From IMG/VR virus record IMGVR_UViG_3300037400_003286: a stretch of DNA of 64,000 bases. One strand, written 5' to 3'. Under the pieces are notes generated by a model, which was given only the letters and a program-made list of their open reading frames with translations, searched no databases and had not been told where the DNA came from. The position numbers and the translations under genes are program-made. This document shows positions 46,909 through 57,199 of the stretch, piece by piece. Each line of letters opens with the position of its first letter. The first letter of the stretch is position 1. This DNA is from a virus (lineage: Duplodnaviria; Caudoviricetes).

Positions 46909-49413
46909 TTAAGCGGTCGTTGAACGGTTGAGTGTGATAGGAACAACGATCTTTTCCATATTTTGTGAAATCCAAACACCGATATCAACGATACAGAACT
47001 TATTGTCGATAACTTCCTTGTCGTTGTTGAGATCGTCGCACTCAATCTCATACTTAACAAGAGCACCAGAGTCTTTCATAGCACTCAGTATTGGATTGAT
47101 ACGAGTAATAATCTCCGCACGGGTTGTAGGTATATTGTATGTGAACACATATTCATCAAGTACAGCCTTACAGCTAATCTGAATTGTGTTGAGAAGTTCT
47201 CTTACATGCAAGAAACTCAAGTCAGAGTTAACAAGCTGGTGTGCTGTTCTGTCACCATAGATAAGGATGTTACCGTTTCTATTGATGATAGGATTGATAC
47301 CGAATGGTTCAAGATAACCTCTGTCTGTATCATCGAAATCATACTCAAGACCAACAATCTGGACATTGTTAATAATACCGTTCATGTTAGCAACAGTCTT
47401 ATAAGGATCACCGCCTGTAAACTTATTCATGAATGTATTAGATACATCTGCTGCTGGAGGAACGAGGATTGTTCTCTGTCCGTCTGCATACTTGAAGAAT
47501 GGAGCGAAGATACCAACATGGTCTGCGCCATTTTCAAAATCAGGAAGAGTAAATGACTTAGTGTCAACAGGATAAACAAGATCCTGATTACCACCCTGAG
47601 GAATGTATGCTACATCAAATGTAGGACGTGGATCGCCCATTGACTTATCCCAGTTATCACCGAAGAATGGAGCATCAGACTGAGCAAACTGAGTCATAGA
47701 AGGCGCATTGATAAGTGCTGTACAGTGCTTCTTGTCGAGAGCAAGGTTAGCAAGATGTACCTTACCAGCGCAATTCTCACCAAGACCATAAGCCATTGTA
47801 TCTACAAGATAACGGAAATCGATAGAGTCATTGTTAAGAAGTCCTCTGCGGATACCCTTATCGTTCAACATAGCATAGATCTTTTCAACACCAGCTTCAG
47901 GATCGATATTACCTTCCTTATCATATCCAGGCATATGTCTGTTGCAAATCTTCAATCCACTAAGAGCAAACAGAGTCAAAGTAGAATACATGCTCTTGTA
48001 TGACTTGTGGATCTCAACATTCATCTGTGCGCTGTCACCAAGAACAACATCAACAGCAGTGAAACGATAAATGATTTCACTTGTCTCATCATTCAGGTTA
48101 GTACGTGTACCACGTTTCTTGATGATACGTGTCATCAATCCGTTCTGAGCACGAACATAGTCGCCGATATTAACATTCAATCCATCAACCTCGCTCAATG
48201 TGAACTGTGTAGAAGAATCGATATTCTCATCATCAACAGTTTCATAAACCTTGATATACTCTGTAGGATTATCAATATTGTAAGACATGATAGTGAAAGG
48301 AACAGAAGCATCAGTTGTCAGCTTATGTCCAACCATATCAGGAATGAAGTTTGCAACAGTATCTCCAGTATCTCCAGCATCCTCATTATAAATGCCATCA
48401 CCTACCTCATCATAGAAGAATGTAGAGCCATCAAGAGCAATAAGGTCAAGTGCCTTTTGATTGATACCGAACATAAGTCCAGTCTCGTTGCACTTCTTAT
48501 TAACAAGATAGTCAATAGACCTCATGTTTCCTTGCTTGTCTGTGAAGTTAGGAAGGATACATCCTGTCCAAGAACCAATCACATTAACAGCATCAAGACG
48601 CAAGAACTTAGCAAGCTTATCCTTGAGAAGACCTTCCTCAGAGAAGTATCCAGACCATACAACATCGCTAGCAAACGAAGCGTACTTAGACTTGTCCCAG
48701 TTACCAGCAATTGCGATAACATCAACAAAGTAGTCAGATACGTAATCATTTGGATTGATCCACTTGTAAGGAATATCATCCTGATTTCCGTAATAATCAA
48801 GGAATGTTACGTTATATCCGTTAACTGATTCTGATTTTCTTACAATAACAGAAATGTCTCTTGTTCCGCAGTTAGAAACACCGAACAAAGCGGCTTTCTC
48901 AATGGTATCAACATCAACAGAGGCATCAACACCATTCAACATTTCCTCAGAACCATTTATAAATGAATTTTCTACGAATGCATCATCATCGGCGATCCAG
49001 AAACGAGTTCTGTCATACATATAAGCATAAGGTGCTTTGGTTGTATGTGATTCGATCTTAGGATCAAGAGATAACAGTGTATATCCAACAGTATCCTTAT
49101 TGCTTTCCTTGTCACTGGTATCAACATTGAGCATGTTCATCACGTACACAGGTGATTTCTGCAACATTGTACGGATGTTTCTATTTGTCCAGCATCCCCT
49201 GCGTTCCATCTTTCTGTCGATTGGACCAAACAGCTTATTACACTCGTCTGAGTTAGCAATATAAACAGGACGGTTGAAAGGTCCCTGCATATTAAAACCA
49301 ACTGCCATACGAAGTGCTGTCTGCACATTGGATGACGAAATTATAGAATTATCAATCTCAATGAAATAAACACCAGAAGCAGGATAGTCTGAAAAATTAA
49401 TTTTTTGTGACAT
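46909..49413 (-). CDS. Contractile tail sheath protein (gp18-like)
   Basis: SGVYFIEID, GPFNRP, VPPA, INPI, YGDRT, LHVRELL, FTYN...TR, CDDLNN..EVID. Confidence 0.93.
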   Translation of the reverse strand: MSQKINFSDYPASGVYFIEIDNSIISSSNVQTALRMAVGFNMQGPFNRPVYIANSDECNKLFGPIDRKMERRGCWTNRNIRTMLQKSPVYVMNMLNVDTSDKESNKDTVGYTLLSLDPKIESHTTKAPYAYMYDRTRFWIADDDAFVENSFINGSEEMLNGVDASVDVDTIEKAALFGVSNCGTRDISVIVRKSESVNGYNVTFLDYYGNQDDIPYKWINPNDYVSDYFVDVIAIAGNWDKSKYASFASDVVWSGYFSEEGLLKDKLAKFLRLDAVNVIGSWTGCILPNFTDKQGNMRSIDYLVNKKCNETGLMFGINQKALDLIALDGSTFFYDEVGDGIYNEDAGDTGDTVANFIPDMVGHKLTTDASVPFTIMSYNIDNPTEYIKVYETVDDENIDSSTQFTLSEVDGLNVNIGDYVRAQNGLMTRIIKKRGTRTNLNDETSEIIYRFTAVDVVLGDSAQMNVEIHKSYKSMYSTLTLFALSGLKICNRHMPGYDKEGNIDPEAGVEKIYAMLNDKGIRRGLLNNDSIDFRYLVDTMAYGLGENCAGKVHLANLALDKKHCTALINAPSMTQFAQSDAPFFGDNWDKSMGDPRPTFDVAYIPQGGNQDLVYPVDTKSFTLPDFENGADHVGIFAPFFKYADGQRTILVPPAADVSNTFMNKFTGGDPYKTVANMNGIINNVQIVGLEYDFDDTDRGYLEPFGINPIINRNGNILIYGDRTAHQLVNSDLSFLHVRELLNTIQISCKAVLDEYVFTYNIPTTRAEIITRINPILSAMKDSGALVKYEIECDDLNNDKEVIDNKFCIVDIGVWISQNMEKIVVPITLNRSTTA

Positions 49414-49584
49414 AACTTTTCTAGTTTTATATTTTACTTTAGTTTGAAATTCTTTTCTTTATTTATCTTTAACAGTTTGCCAGTTTTTTATAAAAAGACG
49501 AAAGATATATTTATTCAAGATCATTAAAAAAGGCGATCCTCAACAGAATCGCCTACATTATTTATTATATTAGTGTACTCTTTA

Positions 49585-50553
49585 TTATTCTTCATCTTCT
49601 GCTCCGAAAATGTCACCGAGGTTATCGAAGTCAAAATCCTCATCACCCTCGCCTTCAGCATTTTCTTCGTCATTTTCTTTATCTTCTGAATCTTCCGACT
49701 CTTCATCGTCACCGACAATTTCTCCACCGATTTCCTCTTCAAGATCTATGCCCTTCTTTGCAAGATAGTCTTTCAATTCCATTACGGCATTTACGTCAAT
49801 ACGAATATCTATATTTTCTGCGTCTTCGTCTGCATCCAGGATTTCAATATCATCTTCTGAAATTCCAGCATCAATAAGCTCATCTTTACACTTATCTTCG
49901 TCACCCTTCTTAACAGAAATAATAACAGCTTTCATTTCTTCATCCTGATCTTCTTCGTCCTTATTCTCTTCGTCCTTGGTGTCATTCTCTGAATCATCTT
50001 CTTTTTCTCCAGCTTCTTTTGCTTCAGAATCTTCATCAGAACCTTCTTCACCATTATCTTTATCTTCGTCCTCATCTTCGGTTACACCCTCTGATTCAAA
50101 CATCTTACGAAGTCTTGCAAATCTTTCAGCTACAGATTCGTTTGTATCTTCTTTCTTATCTTCATTAACACTATCAGAAGTGTCGTTGTTCTCAGTATTG
50201 GACTCACTTGTTCCACATTCAGAAACATTATCATCCTGTGAACTGTTTACGGTAAATACCCATTTACCAACACCATCAACTGTGAACACAACAGTATTGC
50301 CATTCTCATCATAAGCGACATCATCCTCATCGATGTTATCACTATTGGCAACGTTTGTCATAATATTATATGCATCTTCAATAGCATCCTCAAGTGTGCT
50401 ATATGTATCTTCGAAATCTTTTGAATCGGTCAATTTACCGTTAGCATCAAATTCATCAAGAGACAAACTGAACACAGAAACAGACTCGTAGATTTTCTTT
50501 GTCTTATAATTATATCTTTTCATCTTGTTATAAAATGAATTTACTATTTTCAT
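49585..50553 (-). CDS. Highly acidic protein, likely late/virion assembly
   Basis: D/E-rich; GATAAATA directly before the ATG. Confidence 0.65.
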   Translation of the reverse strand: MKIVNSFYNKMKRYNYKTKKIYESVSVFSLSLDEFDANGKLTDSKDFEDTYSTLEDAIEDAYNIMTNVANSDNIDEDDVAYDENGNTVVFTVDGVGKWVFTVNSSQDDNVSECGTSESNTENNDTSDSVNEDKKEDTNESVAERFARLRKMFESEGVTEDEDEDKDNGEEGSDEDSEAKEAGEKEDDSENDTKDEENKDEEDQDEEMKAVIISVKKGDEDKCKDELIDAGISEDDIEILDADEDAENIDIRIDVNAVMELKDYLAKKGIDLEEEIGGEIVGDDEESEDSEDKENDEENAEGEGDEDFDFDNLGDIFGAEDEE

Positions 50554-50667
50554 TATTTATCTTTATGAAAACCACGCCATTTTTATTTTTTCTTCGGTGG
50601 ACAGTTTCCACATCTCTTTTTACATACAATTGGCTTCATTATCAAAAAGATTTGTTTGATCTATTTA

Positions 50668-51534
50668 TCAAAGAAAAAATGCAGAGTAACGTTTAAGATA
50701 TTCAAGATATGCCTTTTTATATTCCTCTCCGTTCCTTCTTATTGGTTTATATTGATCTGTCAGAACTGTACCTTTATCGTTAATATAGAAAACCTTCTGG
50801 CAATCCAAGCAGAAGCAATTATCAAACCTCAAAGGTCTGCCAACATTTTGCATCGTGTGACCAAACACCTGGATACAATTTGCAACATTTACATCATTGC
50901 TCATTAATATATCAGTAACATCAGCCCATATAAAACTTGGATGATTACACCAACCACCTCGTGATGTTCCAACCTCTCCTATAATATTTAATATACTTCT
51001 ATCATAAGATAACGCTTTAATATCAGTGTTCTTTATTGTTTTATATGTAAATGCTTTTCTTTCAACATCTTCATCATGATTATCTGGATCACATACACCA
51101 AAAATGTCAGAATGATAAGAGAACCACTGAAAACAAAATCCAGCATGACTGAATATAAAATTATTATTTCCTATTCTTTCACACTTGATATAATCAAACA
51201 AATCAAGATTATTGATAAACAGACCACAGATTTCATCTTTATTGTAATAATCCATTCTGCAACCTCTTCTAGATCCATCGATATAATGGAAATCATGATT
51301 ACCTATAAGAAGAGTTATTCTTTCTGGATATTTTTTCTTTAGCTTTATTATTCTCTTAAATCTTTTTAATGCTGATTCTGGTGTTATTTTTTCTCTAGGG
51401 TAAGGATCAATATAATCACCAAGAAATATTATCTTGGTATCTTCAGAGTTTTCAAGAAAAAGATTAACATCATGCTCATAGAAATCTCTTCCATGAACAT
51501 CTGGTACTATAACATATTTTATATCGTTTGTCAT
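50668..51534 (-). CDS. Metallophosphoesterase (Ser/Thr phosphatase-like)
   Basis: DVHG, LGDYID, GNHD, SHAG, FGHT. Confidence 0.9.
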   Translation of the reverse strand: MTNDIKYVIVPDVHGRDFYEHDVNLFLENSEDTKIIFLGDYIDPYPREKITPESALKRFKRIIKLKKKYPERITLLIGNHDFHYIDGSRRGCRMDYYNKDEICGLFINNLDLFDYIKCERIGNNNFIFSHAGFCFQWFSYHSDIFGVCDPDNHDEDVERKAFTYKTIKNTDIKALSYDRSILNIIGEVGTSRGGWCNHPSFIWADVTDILMSNDVNVANCIQVFGHTMQNVGRPLRFDNCFCLDCQKVFYINDKGTVLTDQYKPIRRNGEEYKKAYLEYLKRYSAFFL

Positions 51535-52010
51535 TAAAATAGTGCCTTTGTTTTTGGCTCTTTATTTTCTTTTGCTTCTTCTGGATAAGGAAATTCCTCG
51601 ATCCTTATATGATGTTTATAATTAAGAATATCTCTCAAGATGTGTCTGTGACAAAAATCAGACGGCTTTTCATAGCATAGAAAAACAATCGCCTGATATT
51701 TATCAGAAAATTCTTCATCCATTGTTTGATACCATTGATCTACATCCTTGTATTGATATGAACAGTTTTTAAAAAATTCATCAAACTGTTCTTCATATCT
51801 TCTTCTATATTCTGATGGATCTATATTTCCAGATTTAATATCGTTAAGCAATTCTTTTGTTGGCGCAAGAAAATTACCTCTTACAAAAAGAAAATTATCT
51901 GGTGCATTATCTTTTAACCACTCTGGACAATACTGAGAAATTCCCACCATCAAATAGTTGGCAGGAATATTCTTCATATTTGCATAATATGATGTATATA
52001 ACTTAATCAT
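51534..52010 (-). CDS. DUF488-like protein
   Basis: YTSYY, LAP, LCYEKP.DFCHR. Confidence 0.75.
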   Translation of the reverse strand: MIKLYTSYYANMKNIPANYLMVGISQYCPEWLKDNAPDNFLFVRGNFLAPTKELLNDIKSGNIDPSEYRRRYEEQFDEFFKNCSYQYKDVDQWYQTMDEEFSDKYQAIVFLCYEKPSDFCHRHILRDILNYKHHIRIEEFPYPEEAKENKEPKTKALF

Positions 52011-52185
52011 GTATGTCTATTAAAAATTCATCAAGTTTCCCATTCCAGAAACCCTGTTCTTCACAATAATTCTTGAACTCCTGTAATGCATCTTCTGCAC
52101 CAGCTTTATATACAACTCGATCGATCAATGTCGATTCATCATTTCCTGGAAACTTATTCTCAACTAATTCATTAATTGTTTTCAT
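52003..52185 (-). CDS. Hypothetical protein
   Basis: 60-aa ORF packed between its neighbours. Confidence 0.55.
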   Translation of the reverse strand: MKTINELVENKFPGNDESTLIDRVVYKAGAEDALQEFKNYCEEQGFWNGKLDEFLIDIHD

Positions 52186-52187
52186 AT

Positions 52188-53552
52188 TTAAAATAAACTT
52201 GGTGTATATGTAAGTGTCGGAGGAATTTCAAAATATCCCATAGCAACAACTATACGATTCAACGGACTTAATAACATCTTCTCAAACTGAATATCAATAT
52301 CGATTGCTGGCGCAAATTCAATTGGGAAAGAATCAGGAACAAAGCCGAACACTGTATCTTCACCAGTATAATAGAATCTTACCTTTTCTCCAGACTTTAA
52401 TAGTGAATACTTACTCTTGTATTTCTTTCCCTTGTTGAACAGCATATTGTTATAAACTGCTGCCGCCCTAACATGGATAGGAATAGGAAGCTTATCGTTT
52501 GTCAGATATTCATTACCGTTCTCATCAACCTTTGTCTTAAACTGGAAATATTCAATTTCTGGTGTCTTGTCGTTCTTGACAAAATTCTCATAGTTTGATA
52601 TTCCTTTTGTAATGGAAATATCATTAGGATTCTGCATTACGAAACGTTTCTTGATTTCCTTCAGCTTTGATACTATCTCACTAAGTGTTGGTTTTCTTCC
52701 AGTATTCAGAATACCCATTACATAATTGACGAAAGTCTTCATTTCCTCACGACAATAGTCTGTAGTCGTTCCCTTGACAACATCGAAACCAGTATATGTA
52801 ATATGTTCAAGAGGTTCAAATCTTGCACCAGAATCGATCCATTCAACATCACACATATAATTCTTCTTTGCAAGCATGATGATTGTACGGGAAATCTTCT
52901 CAAGTTCAAACTTCTCGAAGTTGTTCTTACAGTGATTTCTTTCAGCATAATTATCGAACTTGTCATCCATATATGATTCAAGAATCTCCTCATAGAAAGC
53001 AAGGTCAAATTCAAGCTGTTGATCCTCTGGAATATAACAAGCATCAATCAAAGGCTGAAGTGTAATATATGCAGAATTATGAACAAGTATGTCATTTGCA
53101 AAGAACGTATGGGTGTCATCACCCATTTCAATGTCATACACATATTCATTATCATACTCACCTGTACATAAGCATGATACGACTTTATCGGATCCTTCAA
53201 CAATATCACCATACATTACTTCCAATGATAATACATAATCATCTGGATGTATCTCGCAAGGTTTAACTTTATATAGTTTATTGTCTCTCAAAACCATCAT
53301 AGAATGATCATTGGTAACTGTAACAGAATGACCGAATCTCGTTGTTATAGTCCACTTTGGTTTTGATACCTTATGGCGAATTATACGCTTTACGTCACCA
53401 TAGTATAATTGAGAAATGTTTGTAAGGGTCGATCCTTTGAAATTCAATACCTTATCATCAGTATAAACAGATTCATGTCCAGCAAGTGTGGACTCTCCTT
53501 TATTAGATGAACGTATCTTTCTTATTGATACTATTTTTTCAAATTGACTCAT
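52188..53552 (-). CDS. Family B DNA polymerase, C-terminal part, fused to a split-intein C-fragment (aa 1-159, 53076-53552)
   Basis: VTNDHS (block B), YVYDIE...FFANDILVHN|S; then SAYI, FELE, AKKNY, GFDVVK, PIHVRAA..YN, SGEKV. Confidence 0.92.
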   Translation of the reverse strand: MSQFEKIVSIRKIRSSNKGESTLAGHESVYTDDKVLNFKGSTLTNISQLYYGDVKRIIRHKVSKPKWTITTRFGHSVTVTNDHSMMVLRDNKLYKVKPCEIHPDDYVLSLEVMYGDIVEGSDKVVSCLCTGEYDNEYVYDIEMGDDTHTFFANDILVHNSAYITLQPLIDACYIPEDQQLEFDLAFYEEILESYMDDKFDNYAERNHCKNNFEKFELEKISRTIIMLAKKNYMCDVEWIDSGARFEPLEHITYTGFDVVKGTTTDYCREEMKTFVNYVMGILNTGRKPTLSEIVSKLKEIKKRFVMQNPNDISITKGISNYENFVKNDKTPEIEYFQFKTKVDENGNEYLTNDKLPIPIHVRAAAVYNNMLFNKGKKYKSKYSLLKSGEKVRFYYTGEDTVFGFVPDSFPIEFAPAIDIDIQFEKMLLSPLNRIVVAMGYFEIPPTLTYTPSLF

Positions 53553-54723
53553 TATTTATATATTTTTTAATCTCAGATAAAATACTATTTCTAACCTTTC
53601 TCTTATTATGTTTATAGTCATCCTCCCAAACAGTTATAATTTTGACACCTATAGTGTCTTTTATATCATTTTCTCTCTGTTTTTCAGATTCCCATATATC
53701 TCCAACGATTCTACCGTTTTGTTCATATAACCCATCAAAAATATCAGTTTCTTTATATACTCCTGGTTTTGGATGAAATTTTATACCATTAAACTCTATA
53801 CATATATTTAAAGTCTTATCATAAAAATCTAAATAATATAAATGATTATTTTTTGTATAAACCTCATATTCATAATTATATTCAGCAAAATATATATCAT
53901 GATCTTTAAATATATCATCTGTTATCAAAGACTTAAACAATTCTTGAGAAATAATAGAATACGATTTGTTTATATATCTGGCATTATTGAAATTATTCCA
54001 TTTATTTAATCCTTCTTCTTCACCATATGTAGTTATAAAATATTCTCTTGTATTACTATAAGCCTCTTTCTCTCTATATTTGTTCCATTTTTCAAGACCT
54101 TCCTTCTCACCATATCTTTTTATAAAATTATCAAGAGTACACGATCTACTTTTATTATAATTATCAAATTCCTCTTCAGTCATTCCATATTTTTCATGCT
54201 TATATTCATATGTGTTTGTTATTCTCTGCTTTTCCAGATAAATATCCCATCTTTTTTGCCCTTCTTCTTCACCATATTTTTTAATAAATGATTCCAAAGA
54301 ACGTATACACAATTCATTATTTTTTTGATTTATTTCTTCCTCTGGAATATCAAATGCATATTGTGCATATATTGTTGGTCTATTAAAAACCCTAGATTTA
54401 TTTTTTATATCAATCCATTCTTTAAAATGTTTTGACATGCATTTTTCACAAACACATAATTTATAAACCTTTCCATTTATCTCTTTTGTTGATATTGGTG
54501 ATGTACCCATATAAACTTTTGGATAATCTTGATACGCTCCTCTAAACCCAACATTCTCATAATACAGTTCACCGCCACAATATTTACACATATTCCTATT
54601 TTCATATATAGGATTATCTTTTAACAAATCTGCAAATTTTTCATATGATTTATTATTATTAAAATCTTCACATCTTTGTTTATTATAATAATTAACTTTT
54701 TTCCCTGATAATACGTCTGGCAT
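53539..54723 (-). CDS. Free-standing homing endonuclease (Vsr-like) between the split-intein halves
   Basis: Three FI..YGE.EG..W repeats; LDFY...IEFNG..FH...VWEDD. Confidence 0.85.
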   Translation of the reverse strand: MPDVLSGKKVNYYNKQRCEDFNNNKSYEKFADLLKDNPIYENRNMCKYCGGELYYENVGFRGAYQDYPKVYMGTSPISTKEINGKVYKLCVCEKCMSKHFKEWIDIKNKSRVFNRPTIYAQYAFDIPEEEINQKNNELCIRSLESFIKKYGEEEGQKRWDIYLEKQRITNTYEYKHEKYGMTEEEFDNYNKSRSCTLDNFIKRYGEKEGLEKWNKYREKEAYSNTREYFITTYGEEEGLNKWNNFNNARYINKSYSIISQELFKSLITDDIFKDHDIYFAEYNYEYEVYTKNNHLYYLDFYDKTLNICIEFNGIKFHPKPGVYKETDIFDGLYEQNGRIVGDIWESEKQRENDIKDTIGVKIITVWEDDYKHNKRKVRNSILSEIKKYINNESI

Positions 54724-54794
54724 AATAAATTATAAATAGTTTTATTTATTATATTTATTTACAATTTTATGGTGGCTCCTGCATATTTTTGTAA

Positions 54795-55910
54795 TTAAGT
54801 AAAAATTTCATCGTTATATAATATATCATCAGGATATACATAGATGATTTTATCCGATCTTTTTACTTTAACTTTATCGTTCTTATTATATCGTATAATT
54901 TTTCCAGATTCTGTTTTTATTTCAAAAACATCTTTTTCAGAATTTTCTTCATAAAAATCTTCTATAGTAATACCATCAACATGTTTCTTTGTACGAATAA
55001 TAGTATCTTTTGAAACAGAGTCTGTATTATGAACAAGAATACCGTTTGCAAAGAAATTATGATAATTATCTGTATCAGAATCCACTTCAATATCGTAAAC
55101 ATACGCAACATTTCTATTTGATACACACTCTACAGAAAATCCAGAAACACAAATAAGATCATTTTCACCTTTCAAAAATAAAAATGTATCTTTATCTATA
55201 TCATCAGGTTTAACTTCCTTAAAATTAGTATCATAATATTTTAATAAAGAATGATCTTCTGTACAAACAACATAAGTATCATCATTAAACACTTTATATA
55301 ATCTTTTGTTTACTTTGTGTCGCATAACATACTTTATTGGCTTCTTGTCAATCTTTCCAGTAATTAAATCGACACAATATATGCTTCTGTTAGATTTTAC
55401 ACGTTCTTTACCAAACTGATCGATCTCTATATCTGTTCCTTCATTGAAAAGATCTGCAATCATCATAAAAGAATCATCCGAAAGTGTTATCAAACTATCA
55501 CCAACAACGGAATCACCATATACCTGAACGGTGTCTAATTTGATCGTATTATTTTTAGCACACTCAAGGAATTGATCATATTTGAATGCATCACCGAATA
55601 TGTTTCTCAATCTATCAGCGATACGTTTATGACCCTCATAGTCCTGGTTCCAATGATTGTTTATATAATCATTGATTTCAATAACCGAAAACTTAATCAG
55701 ATCCTGTCCCTGAAGAGTAATAGACTCTGCAATGTCTGAATCAGCAAGGTTAAAGAATGCCGTACCGAACACACCATATACACTATTAATAAACGTCTTT
55801 GCGGACAACTGCATAGTGTTATAGTATTCCTCTTCGTTCTCAAGATGATCGATCCTCGATTTAAGCTCTTCAATCGAACAAGTTTCTGGATTAAAATTCT
55901 GTTCTTCCAT
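54795..55910 (-). CDS. Family B DNA polymerase, middle part, with a cis mini-intein (55026-55511) and a split-intein N-fragment (54798-55019)
   Basis: KTFINSVYG (motif B), ITLQGQ, YGD|SVVGDS...TEDH...FFANGILVHN|TD|SVSKDT...stop. Confidence 0.92.
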   Translation of the reverse strand: MEEQNFNPETCSIEELKSRIDHLENEEEYYNTMQLSAKTFINSVYGVFGTAFFNLADSDIAESITLQGQDLIKFSVIEINDYINNHWNQDYEGHKRIADRLRNIFGDAFKYDQFLECAKNNTIKLDTVQVYGDSVVGDSLITLSDDSFMMIADLFNEGTDIEIDQFGKERVKSNRSIYCVDLITGKIDKKPIKYVMRHKVNKRLYKVFNDDTYVVCTEDHSLLKYYDTNFKEVKPDDIDKDTFLFLKGENDLICVSGFSVECVSNRNVAYVYDIEVDSDTDNYHNFFANGILVHNTDSVSKDTIIRTKKHVDGITIEDFYEENSEKDVFEIKTESGKIIRYNKNDKVKVKRSDKIIYVYPDDILYNDEIFT

Positions 55911-55992
55911 TTTATATGTTTATATTATACCTCTTTTGCAAATATACAACTTTTTATTTAACAATGAAAAAGTTTTGGCGAAAAACCAAAAC

Positions 55993-56940
55993 TTAATCAA
56001 ATTTACTTTTTTGTTTCATCACTCCATCGTAGATTCCGTTTTTCTTCATTTCGTCTACTATCATCTGTGATAGTTCTGCGATCTGAGGATGAGGCTTTCC
56101 AGTCTTTCCGAACAATCTCAAGTCAAGGAAAAATCTCCAATCTGATTCATATCCAGTTATACATAACTCTGTTTTCAGGCAAAGAGGAAATACAGCCCTT
56201 GCTTGCTGTGGAGTAAGCGGATTATCCTTGAAACCAGTCTTGAAACGAGCATCTGGTTTTCTTTCATCCCATTTACCACGCAATGCGAAATATACATCCT
56301 CTGTATCTTTCATCAATTGCATGAATGCTTCCTGCTGCTGTAATGTTGCATTTGGGAACCAGTCTGGCATAATATACGCAATATCTGTTCCGTATTTCTC
56401 ATTTGAATAATCAACAAATCTTGTACTCTCCTGAGCAAACGAAAAAGCACGATGTCTTACAGCCTCGTTTGCAATAGCCCTGTCTGTAATCAATCTAAAC
56501 GTATAACGCTTCTCGTGCATATCTGTCGGTTCACACCAGAATTTCAAGTCATCAAGTCTGTTGTTCTCTACAAGCACACGAAGATTTGTAGTCACATATA
56601 CACAATCTTTATCATACTTACATTTTGAATACTTGTTTGTCGAATAAAAATCAAGTTCACACTCATACTCAACCAATTCAATATTGTTCTCGTATTCAAA
56701 ATTCCTATAACACTTGAGATAAACAGCACAGCTTTCAAGCATAGCTGTATGATGAGATTTGATCATTCTTTCCACAAAAGCTTTGGCTCCTTCAAATGTT
56801 CCATCACACTTAGCCTCGCTTTTATAACATGTCCTGGCTGTCTTTTCAATTAATTTATAAACACCCTCAACCCCAGGATCCTGTTTAAGATATTCAGCTT
56901 TCTGTTCTAATAAAATCATAAAACTAACTTTATTTTTCAA
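55993..56940 (-). CDS. thyX: FAD-dependent thymidylate synthase
   Basis: ARTCYKS, H.AMLE, RHRAFSFAQESTRF, QARAVFP, HPQ. Confidence 0.93.
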   Translation of the reverse strand: MKNKVSFMILLEQKAEYLKQDPGVEGVYKLIEKTARTCYKSEAKCDGTFEGAKAFVERMIKSHHTAMLESCAVYLKCYRNFEYENNIELVEYECELDFYSTNKYSKCKYDKDCVYVTTNLRVLVENNRLDDLKFWCEPTDMHEKRYTFRLITDRAIANEAVRHRAFSFAQESTRFVDYSNEKYGTDIAYIMPDWFPNATLQQQEAFMQLMKDTEDVYFALRGKWDERKPDARFKTGFKDNPLTPQQARAVFPLCLKTELCITGYESDWRFFLDLRLFGKTGKPHPQIAELSQMIVDEMKKNGIYDGVMKQKSKFD

Positions 56941-57187
56941 ATTTAATAAGATCGATCACATTTGAAACCTTTACATCTTGATTTTCATCAACAAGCTGCT
57001 TCAGGTACTTCTTAATGTCCCATACAGCCTCAGCATAACCGTTATTAAGTCCAGTTATTACACCGTCAGTGTAGGCTTGCTTACCAGGGCAGTCTTTGTA
57101 TGCTTCTACCCATCCGTTATTCTCTTGAATATCAAATTGATTTTTTACACTTTCCTTCTGATGTGAATCGATAATAAATTTATTCAT
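56930..57187 (-). CDS. Hypothetical protein
   Basis: 85-aa ORF in an operon. Confidence 0.6.
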   Translation of the reverse strand: MNKFIIDSHQKESVKNQFDIQENNGWVEAYKDCPGKQAYTDGVITGLNNGYAEAVWDIKKYLKQLVDENQDVKVSNVIDLIKFEK

Positions 57188-57199
57188 GTATGTAATTAT

